NCBI RefSeq assembly: GCF_046119375.1
Contig: NW_027363080.1
Span: forward strand, 992,001-1,056,000
Direction: 5' to 3'
Length of the DNA: 64,000 nucleotides
DNA from: Phyllobates terribilis
Lineage: Eukaryota
The notes below the pieces were generated by a model. That model searched no databases. It saw only the letters and a list, made by a program, of their open reading frames with translations, and had not been told where the DNA came from. Each line of letters starts with the position of its first letter. Within the stretch, counting starts at the first letter, position 1. Made by a program: the position numbers and the translations under genes. Of this stretch, positions 58,834 through 64,000 are shown piece by piece.

Positions 58834-61800
58834 TTAATTATATTGTAACACAAGATCCCTTCTAACATTCAAGCCGACCGGTGTTCTTGTATCCAGCTTG
58901 AACATCCAGTAGCTTTCCCTGTTCAAAATTTTCCTCCTGAAATCACCGCCCCGTGCAGATCGTCTCACTCTTTCTATACCACAGAACTTCAGCCTGGTTG
59001 TATCACCCCCATGACAAGCAGAAAAAAATGCCTGGATACTGCTGAAATTCCCACCTTTATGGCTGTGTGCCCACATGGCGTTTTACAAGCGTATATGCTG
59101 CGGAATTTCTGCAGCATAAACGCTTGGGAAACGCTTGGTAATCCGCCCCCCATGGTCCCCAATGACAAGCCGCACTTTCAATGCCCATGTTGCGGATTTT
59201 TCCGCAGTGTTTATGCTGCGCTCAAAAATCCGCAGCACATCCATTAATTTTGCAGACACGCAGCGTAATCGCCGCCATTGACTTGCATTGAAACGCATAA
59301 TATCCGTGTCAGTACATTTGTACTCACGGATTATATGCGTTTCTATGTGCGGATGGTACCCAAGTCTGGAGGAGAGAAGACTCTCATCCAGACCTGGGTA
59401 CCATAGAAACTGTAAAAAAAGAATTTAAAATAAAAAATAAAGTTTATACTCACCTTCCGGTGTCTTCCCGGTGTTCAGTCTGCTCCGGGACGGTGTCTTG
59501 CAATGTTCGCGTTGATGTGAAGGACCTGCCACGACGTCACTGAGTCATGTGACCCATCACATGGCTCAATGACGTCACCGCAGGTCCTTCACACTACCGC
59601 AAGCAGTGCAAGACACCGGACGGAGCAGACAAAACACCGGGAAGACATCGGAAGGTGAGTATAAACTTTTTTTTTTCACCATTCTTATTCTTTTTTTTAA
59701 CTAACTTGGTCACACTACTATAAATCCATGCCGATTGCATGGATTTATATAGTGTGAACAAGTTGTTAAGCACTTTTCCAAGTGATGCTAAAATCGCTTG
59801 GAAAAGCGCTTGATAACCCGCATGCAAAAATGGATGCAAAGACGCTTTACAAATGCTTCTATCTGGCGGGAAAAAGCATGTAAAATCCGCATGCATTTTT
59901 CCTGCCAGGGAGAAGCGTAAAAAATATGCTTCATTTCCGCAACATGGGCACATAGCCTCAGTCTCCAACTGCATCAGACATATGTCTTCGAATGCGTCTT
60001 TTTAAAGGGCCAATTGTACACCCTACATATTGGAGTTTACACTCGATGCACTCCACCAAGTAAACCACCCCTGTGGTATCACAATTTATCAAATCCTGTA
60101 TAGGGTATGTGATACCTGTACTAGTGGAGGAAAAATCCTTGCATTTAATGATATGTTTGCAGCTGATGCATATATTTTTGCCGCAACCATAAAAACCTGT
60201 GGTTTTTAGCCAGTTCCCGTCAGTATTTGATTTATTTTCAATAAATAAGCTGGGTGACACCAAAGATCCGATTGTAGGGGCTTTTTTGGCTGAGAAACGG
60301 ATTTGGTTGTTTTGTAGCACTTTTTTTACTTTCCTATCTTGGTACAGTATTGGTAAAAAGCATTTAATAACATTAATAATTTTATTATAGTCCCTGCTGT
60401 ATTGAGTGGTGAAATAAATGACATTATCTGTAGGTAATTTTTTCATGTTATCTTTTATGAGAAAATCCCTGTTGATTTTACTCAATTTTTTTTCAGCTTG
60501 TTTTAATGTTTTATCAGAGTAGCCTCTAAGTTCAAGTTTTTCACACTTCTTTTTTATTTCACCACTGACTAACTTAGGGTCAGAGCAGTTCCTTTTTACT
60601 CTTAATACTTCTCCGTATGGGATATTATTCACCACGTGTCGAGGGTGGCATGAATTGGGTTTTAAAATGCTGTTAACATCAGTTTCTTTATTGTAGGGAA
60701 GAACCACAACTTGCGATGACCCCCTGTTGGTGCGGAGCATGACATCCAAAACATGAATTTCGATTTCCTGATAATTATAAGTAAATTTAAGATTGAAATT
60801 ATTATTATTCAAAGAGATAATAAATTCTTTTGCATCATTGTCATCGCCATTCCACACCAACAGGAGGTCATCAATATATCTACCTATCCATATAATCCTC
60901 TCCAAAAATGAATTGGTATCTGCAAAGAGAACTGTTTCCTCCCAATATCCCATCGTGATGTTTGCTAAAGAAGGGGAAAATTTTCCACTCATGCTCACTC
61001 CTCGTTTTTGGAGATAATAAACTTCACAAAAACTGAAAAAGTTACGTTTTAATAGGAACGTCATTGAATTTACCAAAAATAATTTAGTTGGACAATCATT
61101 ATTGCTGAACCTATCAAGAAAATATTTCAGTGCTGGGACAGCTACTTCAAACTCTATTGAGGGGTACAGGGCTACAACATCAGCTGTCAACCAGCTGTAA
61201 TTCCTTTCCCATACAAATTTGTCAAGTACTCCTAGTATCGTCTTTGTGTCCTTAATATAACCAGGTAACTCTCTCACTAGTGGTTGGAGCATGCTGTCCA
61301 CCCATGCCCCTAATTTCTCATTGATCGACTCTATCCCAGAAACAATCGGTCGGAATTTCGGGGGGAATCTCGGTTTATGGATTTTTGGGAGAGAATGGAA
61401 GATGGGTGTCACCGGGGTGTCAACATATAAATAATCAAATATTTTCTGTGACAACACACCATCTTCCAGACCCCCCTTTAATAAATGTAATAATTCCTTT
61501 TGAAATGTAATTGTAGGATCACTTCCTAAAGTCTCATAAATATCTCTGTTTTGCAGAATCCACAAATTACATTGATGGTACAGATCAGGATAACGATGGC
61601 ACCCCCCTTATCAGCCTTACGGACTACGATATTAGTGTTGTTTTTTATATCCTTCAATGCTAGTTTTTCTTTTCTTGTAAGATTACTATAGGCTGATGTT
61701 TCTCTTTGATTATCCATCTTGGGAAGTTCCTCTTCCACCACATCTTGAAAATGATTCAGTACCTGTGGTCTGGACTGTAGGGGATAATAATTAGAATTTT

Positions 61801-61855
61801 TGGTTTTAAAAAACACTTTATCTGGCTGACTCGCGGGCAGGGAATCAGCACCCAT
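58834..61855 (-). pseudogene. Penelope RT-GIY-YIG polyprotein, disrupted
   Basis: RKADKGG, PKFRPIVSG, TADVVALYPSI, GRYIDD, CGKNICISC, VVYLVEC..C.LQYVG...RIRRH, and RESYWMFKLDT..PVGLN after the MITE. Confidence 0.9.
59061..59957. mobile_element. MITE (GGCT(A/G)TGTGCCCA termini) with a ~230-bp internal hairpin at 59439-59669
   Basis: Left end GGCTGTGTGCCCACATG, right end CATGGGCACATAGCC. It splits the GIY-YIG coding region. No clean TSD. Confidence 0.78.
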
Positions 61856-62293
61856 TTATCTCAATAGAATAGTTTTTTGCTATTCAGAAAAAAATGGTAT
61901 AGTAGCATCAGGAACATCACTTTGCAGGGATGTAGAAATGGATGTTATAGTATCTCTCGTTTCCTCACTTTCATCTGATAAAAATGGCATTTTAACGTTA
62001 TATTCCTTGCCAATTTATTAATATCACGAAAAGTGGAAAACAGGTCAAAATTCCTTGAAGGTGAGTATCCTAGACCTTTCGATAGTACGGATGTGTTCCT
62101 CTTTCAAAATTTGCGCTGAAAGGTTCCATACTGGAACCGCTTCATTTAAAATCTTTTCTTTCTGTTGCTTTTTCTTATTGGGATGCCTTCTTCCTCCCCG
62201 CCTCCCCCGTTTTTTGAAAGATTGTTTGTTTCTGGATATTCCAGGGTTTTCCACACTACTTTCTTCAGAATCCTCAGATTCTGTGGTGGTAAT

Positions 62294-63197
62294 TGTAGCA
62301 TCGGAATCTCTGCCCCATGCCAGGCAGGAGGAGGGCCCAGTGAGAAAGGCCCAGGACAGACGGAAGAGAGAGAGGAGCAGGAGAAAGGCTCCAGGAAAGT
62401 AGAAAGGATCCTAGGGGCGCGGGCAGTGCGGATGCCACCCGTGCGCCCGAGTCTGCAGAGGAGCGGAAGGATCAGGTCGCAGAGAGGGGACCGGCCCCTA
62501 AACTAGCAGAGTTCTTTAAGCCTCAACTAGATAACCGGAGGGTGCAGCATTTCAGATGCAGCAGCCAACAGCCACATCTAGCTCACCAAAAAGGTGGCCA
62601 TAGAGGACCCAGGGGACAGAGAAGATGTCGCCCGACAAGGTCTGTGGTCACTGGCTTGGGACACTGGGTGTGAGGTGCAGGGAGATGGTCAGAAGGAACA
62701 CACAGAAGGGGGTCCTGTTATGTACTCCGGAGGTACCTGAGGGTTTGCTGAACCCCTCCCTGAGTAAGCACAGGACGGCGTGGGAAGTTACCCTGGCCTG
62801 GTAACATGGAGTCTAAAACCATGAGTAAAAACTCTGAAGACTGCATCCCACTGTCTATGCGAATTATTACTGCGCCATCATCCCCTGCACTATACTGCAC
62901 AGCAGCATCTAATAAAATCACCACTTCCTGCCCTGGAGCTAAGCTCTACCTGTGGAGAGCCAAACCAACTCTGCTGCATTATCAACAGCTCCAGAGGATC
63001 TGCTCTGCAGCGGTGGCTCCCTTTAGCCGCATACCACAGGTGGCATCACGAGCATTATATAAAACCTATAAATCCCCTGCAAATATCCCCTTTTATTGAC
63101 CGCCCTGGGTCATGGACCGGGTCACCGCCACTGTGACATCTCCCCTAGCAATGACCGGCCCGGCTACCGAGTACCCCATGGCCCAGGGGGCTCGTCA
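62294..63197 (+). mobile_element. Mosaic LTR-derived block
   Basis: The first 33 bp match the chromovirus LTR start (50587). ~62327-62510 matches the 26392-family LTR. The 3' part matches the 206-family LTR and ends ...CTCGTCA. No TSD. Confidence 0.65.
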
Positions 63198-63521
63198 CTA
63201 GCACCTATATTGACACTTTAAAGTTGTATTCCTATCTTGTACATTTCTGGCAAATACACAGGACATAAATTTTTATAAGTGATTTTATTGCAAAAAAGTA
63301 CTAAAATATAAATTAACTATACATGTTTTGTCTCGCTGTGTCCATAAGAACCCAAAATATAAAATAAATAGGTTGTTTATTCTGTACAATGAGAACATGA
63401 AAAAAACAAAGCCAGAATTGCTGTTTTTTTGGTACCTTCTCTCACATAAAAGTGGAATAAAAATGCGATCAAAAAGGCACCTGTGACGATGAAGCGTTAA
63501 TTCTTAATTATGCCAGACATA

Positions 63522-64000
63522 CAGTACAGACCAAAAGTTTGGACACACCTTCTCATTTAAAGATTTTTCTGTATTTTCATGACTATGAAAATTGTACATT
63601 CACACTGAAGGCATCAAAACTATGAATTAACACATCTGGAATTATATACTTAACAAAAAAGTGTGAAACAACTGAAAATATGACTTATATTCTAGGCTCT
63701 TCAAAGTAGCCACCTTTTGCTTTGATGACTGCTTTGCACGCTCTTGGCATTCTCTTGATGAGCTTCAAGAGGTAGTCACTGGAAATGGTCTTCCAACAAT
63801 CTTGAAGGAGTTCCCAGAGATGCTTAGCACTTGTTGGCCCTTTTGCCTTCACTCTGCGGTCCAGCTCACCCCAAACCATCTCGATTGGGTTCAGGTCTGG
63901 TGACTGTGGGGGCCAGGTCATCTGGCGTAGCACCCCATCACTCTCCTTCTTGGTCAAATAGCCCTTACACAGCCTGGAGGTGTGTTTGGGGTCATTGTCC
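63522..64000 (-). mobile_element. Tc1 element, same family as 44004-45626, runs off the window
   Basis: TA|CAGTACAGACCAAAAGTTTGG terminus. C-terminal ORF 63685-63957 is open (TGG where the other copy has TAG). Confidence 0.93.

Larger units (their letters stand above)
57770..62293 (-). mobile_element. Penelope-like retroelement 2 (Neptune-type), interrupted by a MITE and 5'-truncated by LTR sequence
   Basis: ORF pieces 62045-62254, 61526-61855, 59958-61565 and 58834-59060; long AT-rich 3' region. The left boundary is approximate. Confidence 0.85.

Overview
This is eukaryotic DNA made almost entirely of transposable elements; I found no intact host gene. The element families and an SRSF9-like fragment suggest a vertebrate, most likely a frog (inference). 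Contents: (1) a nest of large hAT DNA transposons. hAT-a (from 6271) contains hAT-b (~11960-30177), which contains hAT-c (18593-28604, perfect 8-bp TSD, transposase broken by a single extra C). A fourth, truncated copy (hAT-d) starts at 43169. (2) A full-length but decayed Gypsy LTR retrotransposon (31156-39395, TSD TGAA, tRNA-Ser PBS), a 5'-truncated chromodomain Gypsy (~48020-51636), four solo LTRs with 4-bp TSDs, and LTR fragments. (3) Two Penelope-like (RT + GIY-YIG) retroelements, one with a minimal hammerhead ribozyme motif. (4) Several Tc1 elements, MITEs and minisatellites. Most interesting observations: a 1.26-kb miniature LTR element (55593-56855) carrying a spliced SRSF9 mRNA fragment fused in frame to a retroviral-type protease remnant just upstream of the PPT; a second, PBS-like tRNA-Ser-complementary motif inside the LTR itself in seven LTR copies from several families; 18S rRNA and L1 RT fragments inside the hAT-c 3' arm; and the same +1 C frameshift at the LDPR motif in two divergent hAT transposases. 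Everything was read by eye. Identities and family names are estimates that need alignment checks.
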